This document shows, in pieces, positions 22,791 to 35,188 of a DNA stretch of 64,000 nt. Within the stretch, counting starts at the first letter, position 1, and each line of letters starts with the position of its first letter. The position numbers were made by a program, and so were the translations under genes. The stretch is from an uncultured Planctomycetaceae bacterium (GTDB lineage: Bacteria > Planctomycetota > Planctomycetia > Planctomycetales > Planctomycetaceae), in assembly GCA_963815195.1 (NCBI GenBank), contig CAWFGE010000023.1, positions 64,001 through 128,000 of the forward strand, written 5' to 3'. The notes beneath the pieces are model-generated. The model ran no database searches and was not told where the DNA came from. It saw only the letters and a program-made list of their open reading frames with translations.

Positions 22791-24791
22791 ATGCGCCATT
22801 CCAAATCCTACATTGCCGGCCTCGGCGTCTATCTTCCTCCCAAACAGGTGAGCACCGAGGAAATCATCAAAGGCTGTCGGAATCCGGTGCGCATTCCTTT
22901 GGAGCGGCTGACCGGGATCCGCAGCCGGCACATGGCCGGCGAGGATGAGTTCGCCATTGATCTTGCGGCCAAAGCCGTCGAGGATTGCCTGGACCGCACG
23001 GACACCGCCCCCGAAGAGTTCGACATTTTGATCTGCTGCAACATCTCGCGCTATGACGGGCCGCGGCTCGTCTCTTATGAACCCTCGACCGCTGCCGTCT
23101 TGAAAAAGCGCTTCGGCCTGACGAATGCCGTGGCGATGGACCTTTCGAATGCCTGCGCCGGCCTGTGGACCGGAGTGTATCTGGTCGATGCTTTGATTCG
23201 GACCGGAGCCATCCGCCGGGGTCTGGTGGTCAGCGGGGAATACATCAGCTATCTGGCGACGACGGCCCAGAAGGAGATCGTCGACTATCTCGATCCGCAA
23301 ATCGCTTCGCTCACGCTGGGGGATGCGGGCGTGGCCGTCGAGTTGCGGTTGTCGCCGTCGCCCGCGATCGGGTTTCATGACATCGAGCTTTACACGCTCG
23401 CGCAATACTCCCGCGACTGCATCGCCAAGCCCAGCGATAAAACCCACGGCGGCGCCGCGATGTATACGGACGCCGTCAAAGTCTCCTCGGCCGTCGTGCC
23501 CCATGCGGCGAAGCACGCGGAACAAATCCTCCGCAAGAACGGGCAGTCGGTCGAGCAGTTTCAGCACATCATTCCGCACCAGACATCCCGATTGACGATG
23601 AACGATGCGATCAAATCGGTGGCCGGCGAATTTCCGATCGACCTCGAGCACCGGCTCATTAACAATCTGACCCTTCGCGGGAACACCGCGACGACCAGCC
23701 ATTTTCTCGCGCTCCGGGACACAATGCTCGAAGGGCGGATTCAAGCGGGCGATGAGGTGCTGTTCCTGATTTCGGGTTCGGGGCAGACCACCGGCACGGC
23801 ACTCTACACGTGCGACGATCTGCCCGATCGCCTTCGCTCGAAAACTCCCCGCACGGGCGAAACCGCTTCGCCCAGCGTGCCCGGGGAAACGTTGGCCGTT
23901 CCCCTGCAATTCGAGTCCTTCGCCCAGGTCGCCCGGAATGAAATCGAGCCGAATGACACGCTGACGATGCTGGAGCACGTCGCCGAAACCTGCCTCGAAA
24001 AATCCCGGTACGCCAAGGAAGAGATGGAAGTTTTGATTTCCGTGGGGGTTTATCGCAGCGAGTTTTTGACCGAGCCTGCCATCGCGGCACTCCTCGCAGG
24101 CGATCTCAAGATGAACGACCGCCGCGAGCCCGACGAGGCGCACAAAACTTTCGCGTTTGATCTCTTAAACGGGTCGCTGGGGTTTTTGAACGCGTGCTAT
24201 CTCGCCGCCGAGCTTTCGCGGGCCGGCGGTCTCGAACGGGCGATGGTCGTCGCCTCGGAAATCGAAAACAACAAAGAGGTCATGCCCGGCCATTTGCTGG
24301 GCTTGCGGGAGATGGCGTCGGCGGCGATTTTGCACGAATCCGACGACGGCGAAACCGGCTTTCTCGCCTTTTCGTTCGATCAGTATCCCGAACATGCCGA
24401 CGCCCTGAGGGTGACCGGCACCTGGAGCGAACAGGGAAAACCGCATCTCATCCGGTCGGCGAGCGATGACCGCTATCTTTGGTACGTGGAAGACATCGAG
24501 AAGAGCGTTTCCCGGTTCCTCTGCGAACAGGGCGTGAGCCGGGACGAAATCCGGTTTCTCATCCCGCCGCAGATTTCCCCTGCGTTCGTGCGGGCCGTCA
24601 GCCAGGAACTTGGCATGCCCCATGCGGAGACGATCGACGTGTCCTTCGACGGGCAGGACCTCGCAACGTCCTCAACGCCCGCCGCCATGCAGGCCGTTGT
24701 GGAAAACAATCTCGCCCAGAAAGGCGAACTGGGGCTGATCATCAACATCGCGTCCGGTGGCCAGGTCGGATGCGCGCTGTACCAGTTTTAG
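22791..24791 (+). CDS. Tandem two-domain 3-oxoacyl-ACP synthase III / OleA-like condensing enzyme
   Basis: Domain 1: LERLTGIRSR, EPST (E97), NACAG (C122), SGE, ASLTLGD, PHQ (H263), GNT. Domain 2: TEPA (E428), NGSLG (Cys to Ser), PPQ (His lost). Confidence 0.88.
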   Translation: MRHSKSYIAGLGVYLPPKQVSTEEIIKGCRNPVRIPLERLTGIRSRHMAGEDEFAIDLAAKAVEDCLDRTDTAPEEFDILICCNISRYDGPRLVSYEPSTAAVLKKRFGLTNAVAMDLSNACAGLWTGVYLVDALIRTGAIRRGLVVSGEYISYLATTAQKEIVDYLDPQIASLTLGDAGVAVELRLSPSPAIGFHDIELYTLAQYSRDCIAKPSDKTHGGAAMYTDAVKVSSAVVPHAAKHAEQILRKNGQSVEQFQHIIPHQTSRLTMNDAIKSVAGEFPIDLEHRLINNLTLRGNTATTSHFLALRDTMLEGRIQAGDEVLFLISGSGQTTGTALYTCDDLPDRLRSKTPRTGETASPSVPGETLAVPLQFESFAQVARNEIEPNDTLTMLEHVAETCLEKSRYAKEEMEVLISVGVYRSEFLTEPAIAALLAGDLKMNDRREPDEAHKTFAFDLLNGSLGFLNACYLAAELSRAGGLERAMVVASEIENNKEVMPGHLLGLREMASAAILHESDDGETGFLAFSFDQYPEHADALRVTGTWSEQGKPHLIRSASDDRYLWYVEDIEKSVSRFLCEQGVSRDEIRFLIPPQISPAFVRAVSQELGMPHAETIDVSFDGQDLATSSTPAAMQAVVENNLAQKGELGLIINIASGGQVGCALYQF

Positions 24792-24797
24792 CCGAAC

Positions 24798-25754
24798 TCA
24801 GTCGTGTCGGCCCACGAGAATTCGCAATTGCTCCTCCAGTTGGCGGGCGGTTCTCTTGGTATACCGGCGCGGACTGATGATCTTTTTCAATCGGTCCGTC
24901 AAGAGGATCGGCGTCCCTTGGGCGAGCCGGAGCTGCGCAAACGCCCCCTCCCTGGGCAAGCCGAGAAAGAACTTGTCCGCATCGACATCCAGCACCCGGT
25001 CCTCTTGATCGTTTGGCGGCAAGGATTGAATCGGCTGATCGACCAATTCGTAGTCGGGATCGAACAGCCAAACCAACGTATGCAGCTCGCCCGTCTTGGG
25101 GGAAACGAGGATCGCATACCGGGTCATCATTTTTTTGTGTTGGCCGTCGATCAGCAGGATGGCATCGCTGTCAAAGACCAGCATTGTTGGCGTGCGGACA
25201 ATCTGCAGAAAGCCGGTTCGAAAATCCGTCTCGCATTGCGAAAGCACCTGGCGGGCGATGATGTCGAGATCGGCCCCAAGTTTTTTCTGAGTGGCGGAAG
25301 TTATGATTGTGTTCTTCCCGTCGATCTCCGTTCCAATGCCGATCGCCACTTGCTCCAGAGAGTATTCTTCGATTGCTCCCGTCCGATGCCGCTCCACGTC
25401 GGCCAGGCAGTTGACGGTATACACCGCGGCATAATACAGGACGGATCGGGGGACCTCTTTCACATTGCCGCTGCCAATTCGCGGATGGGCCGCATACACC
25501 AGATGAGACCAGCCTTTGGGAGGGGTCTTGCCGACGACCGTTCCGGGGGGAATCCAATCCAAAGGCTTTTCCTCAAGAACCACGCGTCCCGCTTCCGGAG
25601 GCGGGGAAACCGGAGGTTTCTTTGGGGGAGGCGGTTCCGCGACACGGCCCCAGAAGAACCACGACGCCAACAAGACCGGCAATAACGCCGCGAGGATCGT
25701 CAGCGGTCGAAAGGCGCGGGCACGTTTTTTCGTCTCGAACACAGGTTCAGGCAT
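24798..25754 (-). CDS. Hypothetical protein with N-terminal membrane anchor and Pro-rich linker
   Basis: One hydrophobic helix (LTILAALLPVLLASWFFW), PPPPKKPP linker, globular C-terminus. Confidence 0.7.
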   Translation of the reverse strand: MPEPVFETKKRARAFRPLTILAALLPVLLASWFFWGRVAEPPPPKKPPVSPPPEAGRVVLEEKPLDWIPPGTVVGKTPPKGWSHLVYAAHPRIGSGNVKEVPRSVLYYAAVYTVNCLADVERHRTGAIEEYSLEQVAIGIGTEIDGKNTIITSATQKKLGADLDIIARQVLSQCETDFRTGFLQIVRTPTMLVFDSDAILLIDGQHKKMMTRYAILVSPKTGELHTLVWLFDPDYELVDQPIQSLPPNDQEDRVLDVDADKFFLGLPREGAFAQLRLAQGTPILLTDRLKKIISPRRYTKRTARQLEEQLRILVGRHD

Positions 25755-25873
25755 AGCGGGGGGACGGATTCACCTTGGAAAGTCTGCAAAATGCAATTGT
25801 CGCGAATCCCGCGGAAGCCTGCCAGAGAAGTTTGAAATAGGACGCGCTTATCCACACGCGCTGCCTCGAATCC

Positions 25874-26878
25874 TTACAGCCATTGATGCTCAATATACCA
25901 GTCATATGTCTGACGTAGTTGCGTTTCGAGAGTCGCTTTGGAAGCGGCCTCGAGTTCCCGAGCGGCTCGTTCCGCCCGGCAGACCCAGGAACCCGCCCGG
26001 GCTTCCCGGATTTTGTCGAGGTTCAAAAATGTGGGCCGGCCCGTGATGCGTCCCCAGGCTTCCCACACGCCGGCCGCCATCCAGCATAGCGCCGACGGCA
26101 AAACCACGTTTCGCACCGATGCTCTCCCGAAGAACGGTCCCGACAACTCCGCCAGCTTGGCGAATGTCACCGGCTGAGGATGGGCCAGATAATAGATGCC
26201 TTGGTTCATAGGGTCGTCGCACGTTTTGATGGGTTTTCCCCTCTTCATGGCCGCCAGCATGCCGTCGATTAAATCGTGAACTTCCAAGAATGAGTAACGA
26301 GGCCTCACAGAGATCGCACAGACGTTAAGACCGCGTTTTATCGATTGAAAGAACAACAACAAATTACGATCCCCCGGACCGAAGACGCAAGGCGGCCGAA
26401 GAATGGTGATCGGCATCTGTGGAGAAATCTCTCTCAAGTAATCCTCCGCTTCCAGCTTCGTCCGTCCATAGTAGGAAACCGGCCGGCAGACATCCTGTTC
26501 CGTGACGCCTCCCTCCGAACTCGGCCCGGCTGCCGCGAGCGACGAGACATGGACGAGCTTTGGAGGGTTCGGCAGGTCGAGAACCGCATCCGCAAGGGTT
26601 TTCACTCCCCCGACATTGACCGACCGATAATACTTCAACGAAAAAGCCCCCGCGGCGGCCGCGAGATGGAAAATGCCATCCACCCCCCGGACGGCGGATT
26701 TCATCGCAACCGGATCGCGAATGTCGCCTTCCACGACTTCAACCGACTTGACGATCGAGTCAGGCAGACGCGAGGCACGTCGGACCAAGGCGACGGTTTC
26801 AATGCCCAGGTCCAACAGGGCAGGAACCAGCGATTTTCCGATGAATCCGGAAGCCCCGGTGACGAGCACGCGATTCAT
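25874..26878 (-). CDS. Extended SDR, NAD-dependent epimerase/dehydratase (3-beta-HSD/OleD-like superfamily)
   Basis: VTGASGFIG, FHLAA, HVSSLAA, YGRTK (YxxxK), RPPCVFGPGD. Confidence 0.88.
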   Translation of the reverse strand: MNRVLVTGASGFIGKSLVPALLDLGIETVALVRRASRLPDSIVKSVEVVEGDIRDPVAMKSAVRGVDGIFHLAAAAGAFSLKYYRSVNVGGVKTLADAVLDLPNPPKLVHVSSLAAAGPSSEGGVTEQDVCRPVSYYGRTKLEAEDYLREISPQMPITILRPPCVFGPGDRNLLLFFQSIKRGLNVCAISVRPRYSFLEVHDLIDGMLAAMKRGKPIKTCDDPMNQGIYYLAHPQPVTFAKLAELSGPFFGRASVRNVVLPSALCWMAAGVWEAWGRITGRPTFLNLDKIREARAGSWVCRAERAARELEAASKATLETQLRQTYDWYIEHQWL

Positions 26879-26935
26879 AGGCAGACAGACGCCAAGATCC
26901 CAACAGCTTGAGACAATGGAAATCCTCCATCAACC

Positions 26936-28195
26936 TCACTTTGCTCCGTTCTGGTTTGGTTCCTTCATCAGCTTGTACATCGCTTCGGCGAAGCCCTTGC
27001 CGATCTGGGCCATGATCTTTCCGGAGCCCATGTAGTGAAAATCAAAGTTGGACGTGCTGTCCCTGAGGATCACCAGTTCGCGCGGCGAGAAGGTCTTGGC
27101 ATAGAGTTCGTCGATGGCGGCCTTGCCTTCCTGGCGATTTAACTTGCCCTCTTTCACTTCTCGATTGAGTAGCTCGACCTTCGGCTTGATCTCCTTTTCT
27201 TTTTCCCGCAGTTTGACCACGTCCATGTCCCAGTACTTTTCCGTCAGCACGGCGGCAACGTTGCCCTTAAACTCGGGCCGCGAAGCGGCGGCGGCCATCG
27301 CCGAGCGAAAGTTTTGATGAACGCCCTTGTAACGTTGCTGATCCGATCCATATTTATCGACCGGGCCGCCCACGCCCAGGACGCCGATCACGACAGGCAA
27401 CTTCGGAGCGGAAAGGTCCTTACGGACATCGCGAATCAGGTCGTCCATGAGTTCGCTGTATTTGCCATAGCCCCCTGTGTTATCGCGATCGGGATAGGTG
27501 CCGCGGTCCACCATATCGTTCCAGCCTTGGAACCAGACAAAGCCCGCCAGCTCGTAGCCCTGCTGAGGATCGTAATCCGGATTCACCCGTTTGATGTCGG
27601 CTAAGACTTTTCGCACGTGCTCGATCATCAGCCGGTAGTAGCGGCCGGTGGCTTTTGCCTTCTCGGGTTTGATCGCGTCGATGTCCTTTCCCTGCTTCTT
27701 GAAGTTTTCCAACTGCGTCTCGCTAAATTCGTAGGGGCCGGCGCTCGGCGGGCGGAAATCCGTGTTGAGACTCTTCCCGCCCCAGGCGGTTTTGATAATC
27801 AAGATCGGCTCTTCCAGCAGCTTCTCCATGTAGATCCCGAACGTGAACTCCGGTCCGATCTTCGGCCCGCGGACTTTCGCCCCGAACCCGGCGGTCAACT
27901 TGCCGATCTGCTCCTCGTCGGCGGAACCAATCGAAGAGATCCAAACCTTCTCGCAAGCTCGCGGGGAGCCGTCGGCGCTTCGCATTTCCTTGAGGATCGG
28001 GGCCGTCTTGGGATCCAAGTCCATCGCATCGAACGTGCGAACGTGCGCATGCCCCTGCATATTCGACTGGCCGGCAAGAATGAACACCTTGAGCGGCTTC
28101 TTGTTGCCGTTCGCGCGGGGAGCTTCCGCAGCGGCGGGCAGAACGGCGAGCGCCGCGAAGAGGATTGCAAGTAAACAGACCATTGCACGGATCAT
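26936..28195 (-). CDS. Secreted sialate O-acetylesterase-like (SASA/CE6) SGNH esterase
   Basis: VFILAGQSNM, IGPEFTFG, IKTAWGGKSL, WFQGWND, FHYMGS. Confidence 0.85.
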   Translation of the reverse strand: MIRAMVCLLAILFAALAVLPAAAEAPRANGNKKPLKVFILAGQSNMQGHAHVRTFDAMDLDPKTAPILKEMRSADGSPRACEKVWISSIGSADEEQIGKLTAGFGAKVRGPKIGPEFTFGIYMEKLLEEPILIIKTAWGGKSLNTDFRPPSAGPYEFSETQLENFKKQGKDIDAIKPEKAKATGRYYRLMIEHVRKVLADIKRVNPDYDPQQGYELAGFVWFQGWNDMVDRGTYPDRDNTGGYGKYSELMDDLIRDVRKDLSAPKLPVVIGVLGVGGPVDKYGSDQQRYKGVHQNFRSAMAAAASRPEFKGNVAAVLTEKYWDMDVVKLREKEKEIKPKVELLNREVKEGKLNRQEGKAAIDELYAKTFSPRELVILRDSTSNFDFHYMGSGKIMAQIGKGFAEAMYKLMKEPNQNGAK

Positions 28196-28270
28196 AGTAA
28201 TACCTTTCGTATGTCGTGGGGGATGATTCTTTTGGGAAGTTTGGCCGATCGTCGTGCTCGCAGGATGCAG

Positions 28271-28986
28271 CTACTTGATCTTGACGATCTTGACATCATC
28301 GACCCAGGCGGATTTGTTGACCGCCAATCGCAAGCGGCTCTTGGTGGCATGGGCGATTCCAGGGGATTGAAACGCCCCGGCCTTTTTACCGTCGATCGAC
28401 ACCGACATCAACTCGCCGAGGATCGCGACTTCAAGCTGATGCCATTCGTCCGGAGCCATTTCGACCTTGAAGGTTTTTGCTGTGCTCTTCAGCCGCTGCT
28501 GATCGTCGCTGGTCAGCTTGCCGGCCAGCCGCCGCTCCCGTGTTTCCAGATTCATGCGGCCCGTTTTCAAGTCGGCGATTTCCACTTGCCCAGAGCGAAT
28601 TCTCGCCATGCAAATGTGTCCCGCATGGACCGACGTTTCTTTCATGTCCGCGATATTGATGCCCAGGTCGTCTTTGGCTCCCAATTTGAACCGCAAGCGG
28701 ATCACCGCATCTTGAAACGCGGCTTCGTGCGTGACGGACACGCCATGATCCGCCACGTCCGCCCGCGTGATGTGCATGGTCCCATCGACCATGTCCACCT
28801 GCTTGACTCCTTTCGCCCGGCTCCGGCTATTCGTGCCCCAGCCATTGCCAACCTGCTCTTTCGCCGGTTCGTCCTCTTCGCGGTTAAAGTCATCCTCCAG
28901 GATGACCGTCCCGGGCGTGTTCTGGCGCGGCTCGATGAGACGAGCGTGAAAAACAATAGGAACATCAGAGGCCAGGCGGTCTTCAT
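28271..28986 (-). CDS. Secreted beta-sandwich hypothetical protein (frameshift near 28925)
   Basis: Signal peptide MKTAWPLMFLLFFTLVSSSRA lies in the neighbouring frame; body ILEDDF...WHQLEV...WVDDVKI is LamG/DUF1080-like. Confidence 0.65.
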
Positions 28987-29131
28987 GTGGGTCCAGCTTT
29001 CGAAAAAGATTCGGGAACACAGGCGGCACAATCGTTTTTGGAAGGAGGCTCTCCCATTTGACACGCTCGGGACGCCGTTCGCAATGCCGCCGAACGCGAT
29101 CCAGTCGCCTGACCGCCTTGCGTCACTTTTC

Positions 29132-29494
29132 TCAGCCGGTGCGGGCTTCTTGGCCACGTTGCCTGAGCATGAAATCGTAAAGGCGCTTGGCGGCGGGTTC
29201 CCAGTTTCCGTCGCGGGCCTCTTGGATGATCGAATCCAAAAACTCGCCGGCCTCCGCCGACAGCCGGCCTTCTTGACGGTAGGATTTCAGCCGGCGGTCG
29301 CAGGCCTCCAAACGATTCGGGTCCCGCGAAGTCAAAGCGGTAAACAGCGCATCCACGGTGTTGAAGACGCGTTCGTCGGGTTTCAACTGCGGCGGCGGGC
29401 GGCGGATCCAGAGCCACATTCCAAGCACAAGCACAATCGCGATGGCACACGCGACGAAGCCCCACCGGCGTTTGGCTTCTGAATCACGGACCAT
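29132..29494 (-). CDS. Small membrane-anchored hypothetical protein coupled to the DUF1559 gene
   Basis: ATG 29494 overlaps the DUF1559 3' end; N-terminal TM helix then helical domain. Confidence 0.7.
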   Translation of the reverse strand: MVRDSEAKRRWGFVACAIAIVLVLGMWLWIRRPPPQLKPDERVFNTVDALFTALTSRDPNRLEACDRRLKSYRQEGRLSAEAGEFLDSIIQEARDGNWEPAAKRLYDFMLRQRGQEARTG

Positions 29495-30590
29495 GATTCG
29501 CTTCTCCGCCGTTGCGGGTCGATAACGCCACCCACACGTTTCCGTTTGTGAACGCGGTGTAAAACCGGACCGAGCCATCGCCGAAAAGCACGTTGCAACC
29601 GGGGCCGTGTTCGCCCCACATTTCGTCCGTGTGCCCGAAGGGATTGTTCGGGGCGTGGATGATGACCTCGGGATGGTCATGCACATCGGGTCCGCTGTGG
29701 CAGCCGACGAGGTCCGTCGCCAGGTTGTTTTCGGAAGGCCAGTCGTACAAATCCATCCGCGGAATGACGCCTGCTCCCGGAACCACGCCCACCCAGGTGT
29801 TGTTGCTGAGATAAGAACTGCGTTCGCCGACGAAAACGGTGTTCGACAGCCCGTCCGTCACATCGCGGACGCGGGTGTGCGAGTTGGGATAGAAGGGGCC
29901 GTCGATCACGCAATCGGGCGCACCGTTCGGGAGCGGTTCGGGAATATCAAAGTTGTAGCAATACGCGGGAGCCCGGCCCCACGGCTGATTGATCCCCGCA
30001 TTCGTCACGTAATGCGAATGCGCGAAGAAAATCTTGCTGCCGTCGGAGCGGAGCATCTCGGTTCCGGTGTTTCCCGCCCCCGTGATCGTGGGACCGGGAA
30101 CGGGAGCCTGGACGTTAAATCCCAAACTCCCGCCGGTCGCGGAGGGACAGAGAAAAACCGGGACCGGCGTGCCCGCGGGTTTCGCATTGGCAATCGACCA
30201 ACAGGTCAGGTGGAAATTGAATTGGCGATAAAGCGGTGCCTGATCGAGAAAAGGCAACAGCATGGCCCCCCAACCAAAACCGGGCGGACCGACTTGGATT
30301 TCATCGGGAAAACCGATGCCGTCGATCGAGCCGCTGACGTAGGGATTGACAACACAAGCCGGCGGAAACAGACCATGCGTGCCCTCGTAATTCTGGAGAG
30401 CCAGCCCCAACTGTTTGAGGTTGTTTTTGCACTGCGACCGCCGGGCCGCTTCGCGGGCTTGTTGAACGGCCGGGAGCAAGATCGAAATCAAAATTCCGAT
30501 GATGGCGATCACGACCAACAGTTCAATCAGCGTAAACCCGCGCCGGAATGCGCGACGATTGGAATGTCGGAGCGTAACAAGATTCCACAT
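29484..30590 (-). CDS. DUF1559 prepilin-type N-terminal cleavage/methylation protein
   Basis: [47 protein letters not shown]-x9-DG ([12 protein letters not shown]). Confidence 0.93.
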   Translation of the reverse strand: MWNLVTLRHSNRRAFRRGFTLIELLVVIAIIGILISILLPAVQQAREAARRSQCKNNLKQLGLALQNYEGTHGLFPPACVVNPYVSGSIDGIGFPDEIQVGPPGFGWGAMLLPFLDQAPLYRQFNFHLTCWSIANAKPAGTPVPVFLCPSATGGSLGFNVQAPVPGPTITGAGNTGTEMLRSDGSKIFFAHSHYVTNAGINQPWGRAPAYCYNFDIPEPLPNGAPDCVIDGPFYPNSHTRVRDVTDGLSNTVFVGERSSYLSNNTWVGVVPGAGVIPRMDLYDWPSENNLATDLVGCHSGPDVHDHPEVIIHAPNNPFGHTDEMWGEHGPGCNVLFGDGSVRFYTAFTNGNVWVALSTRNGGEANHGP

Positions 30591-30844
30591 CGCGGTGGGC
30601 CTTCTTCGTCGGCAAAGTTTTCCTTGGGCAAACGCCCCTCCCACGTTCAGTCCATGCGATATTAACAATCGGAAAACAATTTATCAATACTATCAAAAAA
30701 TAAGTTTTGAATAGCAAAACTTTTTCTCTTGAGCTGCCGATTTGCGATCGTCCTGGATCAGCGGTTATAGTACGGATAACGAAATCTGCTGATGTTGATG
30801 AGTGCGAGACCTCCATTCCTACAGAATTTCAAAGCGATTGATTG

Positions 30845-33295
<2,451 letters not shown>

Positions 33296-33304
33296 GAATT
33301 CCTC

Positions 33305-33527
33305 AGCCGCGGAGCGGCGACAGCAGATAGCTGCGGGCGCAAGCCCGCAGAGAATGAAAGAAAGAGAATCAGGAAGCGGCGACAGCAATAGATCTCTAGG
33401 AAAATGGGTGAGGTTCAATGCGATTCGTGAAGAAGTGCTGCCGCCGCTTCGCGGCTCATAGGAGCTTGGTGGGCTTTGGAGCTGCAGGCTGACGCCTGCA
33501 GCTATCTGCTGCCGCCGCTTCGCGGCT
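33305..33527. repeat. MITE/REP-like element with ~45-bp terminal inverted repeats and internal subrepeats
   Basis: agccgcggagcggcgacagcagatagctgcgggcgcaagcccgcag ... ctgcaggctgacgcctgcagctatctgctgccgccgcttcgcggct. Confidence 0.8.
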
Positions 33528-33549
33528 AAGACATCTCCTTCGTGCCTTC

Positions 33550-35013
33550 GTGGTTCAAATCAAGTTTTTAGAGATTGTTGACATCGTGACAAAACAAAAC
33601 GAAGACCGAATCCTCTCCTCGCATTCGGGCCTGTTGACCCGGCGGGGCATGCTCCGGCGGAGCGCTTTAGGTTTTGGCTGGCTGGCGGCGGCTTCGATGC
33701 TGGCGAAAGAACAAGCCTTCGCCGAGACTTCGCTGCCGCAGGCGCACCTTCGTCCGCGAGCGAAGCGGGTGATCTTCCTGTTCATGAAGGGCGGGCCTTC
33801 GCATGTCGATACCTTCGACTACAAGCCCAAACTCCAGGCGGAAGACGGCAAGCCGTTCCCCTTCGAGAAACCCCGCGTGCAGTTCGCCCCCACGAACAAC
33901 CTGCTGAAATCGCCCTGGAAATTTCGGCAGCACGGCGAGAGCGGGCAGTGGGTCAGCGAACTCTTCCCCAACGTCGCCGGGTGCGTGGACGATCTGTGCT
34001 TTATCAAATCGGTCCACGGGACAAACGCCGCGCACGGCGGGGCGCTTTTGAAACTCCACACCGGCAGCGACACGTTCGTCAGGCCCAGCATGGGCTCTTG
34101 GATTCTTTATGGGCTGGGCAGCGAGAACGAAAACCTGCCGGGCTTTATCACGATCTGCCCCACGCTCGCCCACGGGGGCGTCAAGAACTGGAGTTCCGCA
34201 TTTCTCCCCGCCCGCTATTCTGGCACGCCTTTGGGCAACGCGAGCCTTCCTTCCACCGAAGCCCACGTGAAGTACATCAACAGCAAACTCCCGCAAGATG
34301 TCCAGCGAATGCAACTGGACTTGCTCAAAGAGATGAACCGCGATCACCTGGCGGGCACGGGGGCCAATCAAATGCTCGAAAGCCGGATCGAATCCTTCGA
34401 ATTGGCGTTTCGGATGCAGTCGGCGATGCCGGAAGTTTCCGATCTCAGCCGGGAGACCCAGGCCACGCAGGACATGTATGGATTAGGCGATCCCATGACC
34501 GCCGACTTCGGCCGGCAGTGTTTGCTCGCCCGGCGGTTTTCCGAGCGGGGGGTGCGGTTCGTGCAGGTCACGCACAGCGATACCAAAGTGCAATGGGACC
34601 AGCATTCGGACCTCAAGGAAGGCCACGGAAAAAACGCCCGCGAAGTCGATCAGCCGATCGCGGCTTTGCTCAAGGATCTCAAGCAGCGGGGCCTCTTGGA
34701 TGACACGCTGGTGATGTGGGGCGGCGAGTTCGGCCGCACGCCGACGGCCCAGGGCAAAAACGGCCGGGATCATAACCCCGAAGGCTTTACGATGTGGTTC
34801 GCGGGCGGCGGCGTGAAGCCGGGCTTTTCCTACGGCGCGACCGACGACTACGGCTATTTCGCCAGCGTCGATCCCGTGCACATTCACGATGTCCACGCCA
34901 CGCTGCTTTACCTGTTGGGCCTGGAACACGAGCGGTTGACCTATCGTTTCGCGGGCCGCGATTTCCGCCTCACCGATGTCGCGGGGCATGTCGTCTCGGA
35001 TATAATGGCCTGA
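33550..35013 (+). CDS. DUF1501 protein (Tat-exported); start uncertain
   Basis: TRRGMLR, AKRVIFLFMKGGPSHVDTFD, RPSMGSW, WDQH, GEFGRTP, GRDH, GRDFRLTDV. Confidence 0.93.
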   Translation: MVQIKFLEIVDIVTKQNEDRILSSHSGLLTRRGMLRRSALGFGWLAAASMLAKEQAFAETSLPQAHLRPRAKRVIFLFMKGGPSHVDTFDYKPKLQAEDGKPFPFEKPRVQFAPTNNLLKSPWKFRQHGESGQWVSELFPNVAGCVDDLCFIKSVHGTNAAHGGALLKLHTGSDTFVRPSMGSWILYGLGSENENLPGFITICPTLAHGGVKNWSSAFLPARYSGTPLGNASLPSTEAHVKYINSKLPQDVQRMQLDLLKEMNRDHLAGTGANQMLESRIESFELAFRMQSAMPEVSDLSRETQATQDMYGLGDPMTADFGRQCLLARRFSERGVRFVQVTHSDTKVQWDQHSDLKEGHGKNAREVDQPIAALLKDLKQRGLLDDTLVMWGGEFGRTPTAQGKNGRDHNPEGFTMWFAGGGVKPGFSYGATDDYGYFASVDPVHIHDVHATLLYLLGLEHERLTYRFAGRDFRLTDVAGHVVSDIMA

Positions 35014-35188
35014 TCGAGTGGCGACCGGCGGCGAATGCGTTGTCAACGCCAAGTCCGGTTCGAACTGCTAAAAACCGGGGCGGACCAGCCTGCGGGCGGT
35101 GCCCCCCGGCGGCTAATCGATTAAGTCCCATTATCAATCATATTCCAACGCCTGCAGCCGTCGGTGCGAGTTCTCGCCGAGGGATGAC

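Noticed and set aside
22791..26878. Canonical oleABCD olefin cluster
   Set aside because: No OleB hydrolase or OleC adjacent, the KS-III is a tandem fusion, and an NRPS is present
15960..26900. Prophage or integrative element explaining the accessory block
   Set aside because: No integrase, transposase, tRNA or att-like direct repeats were recognised
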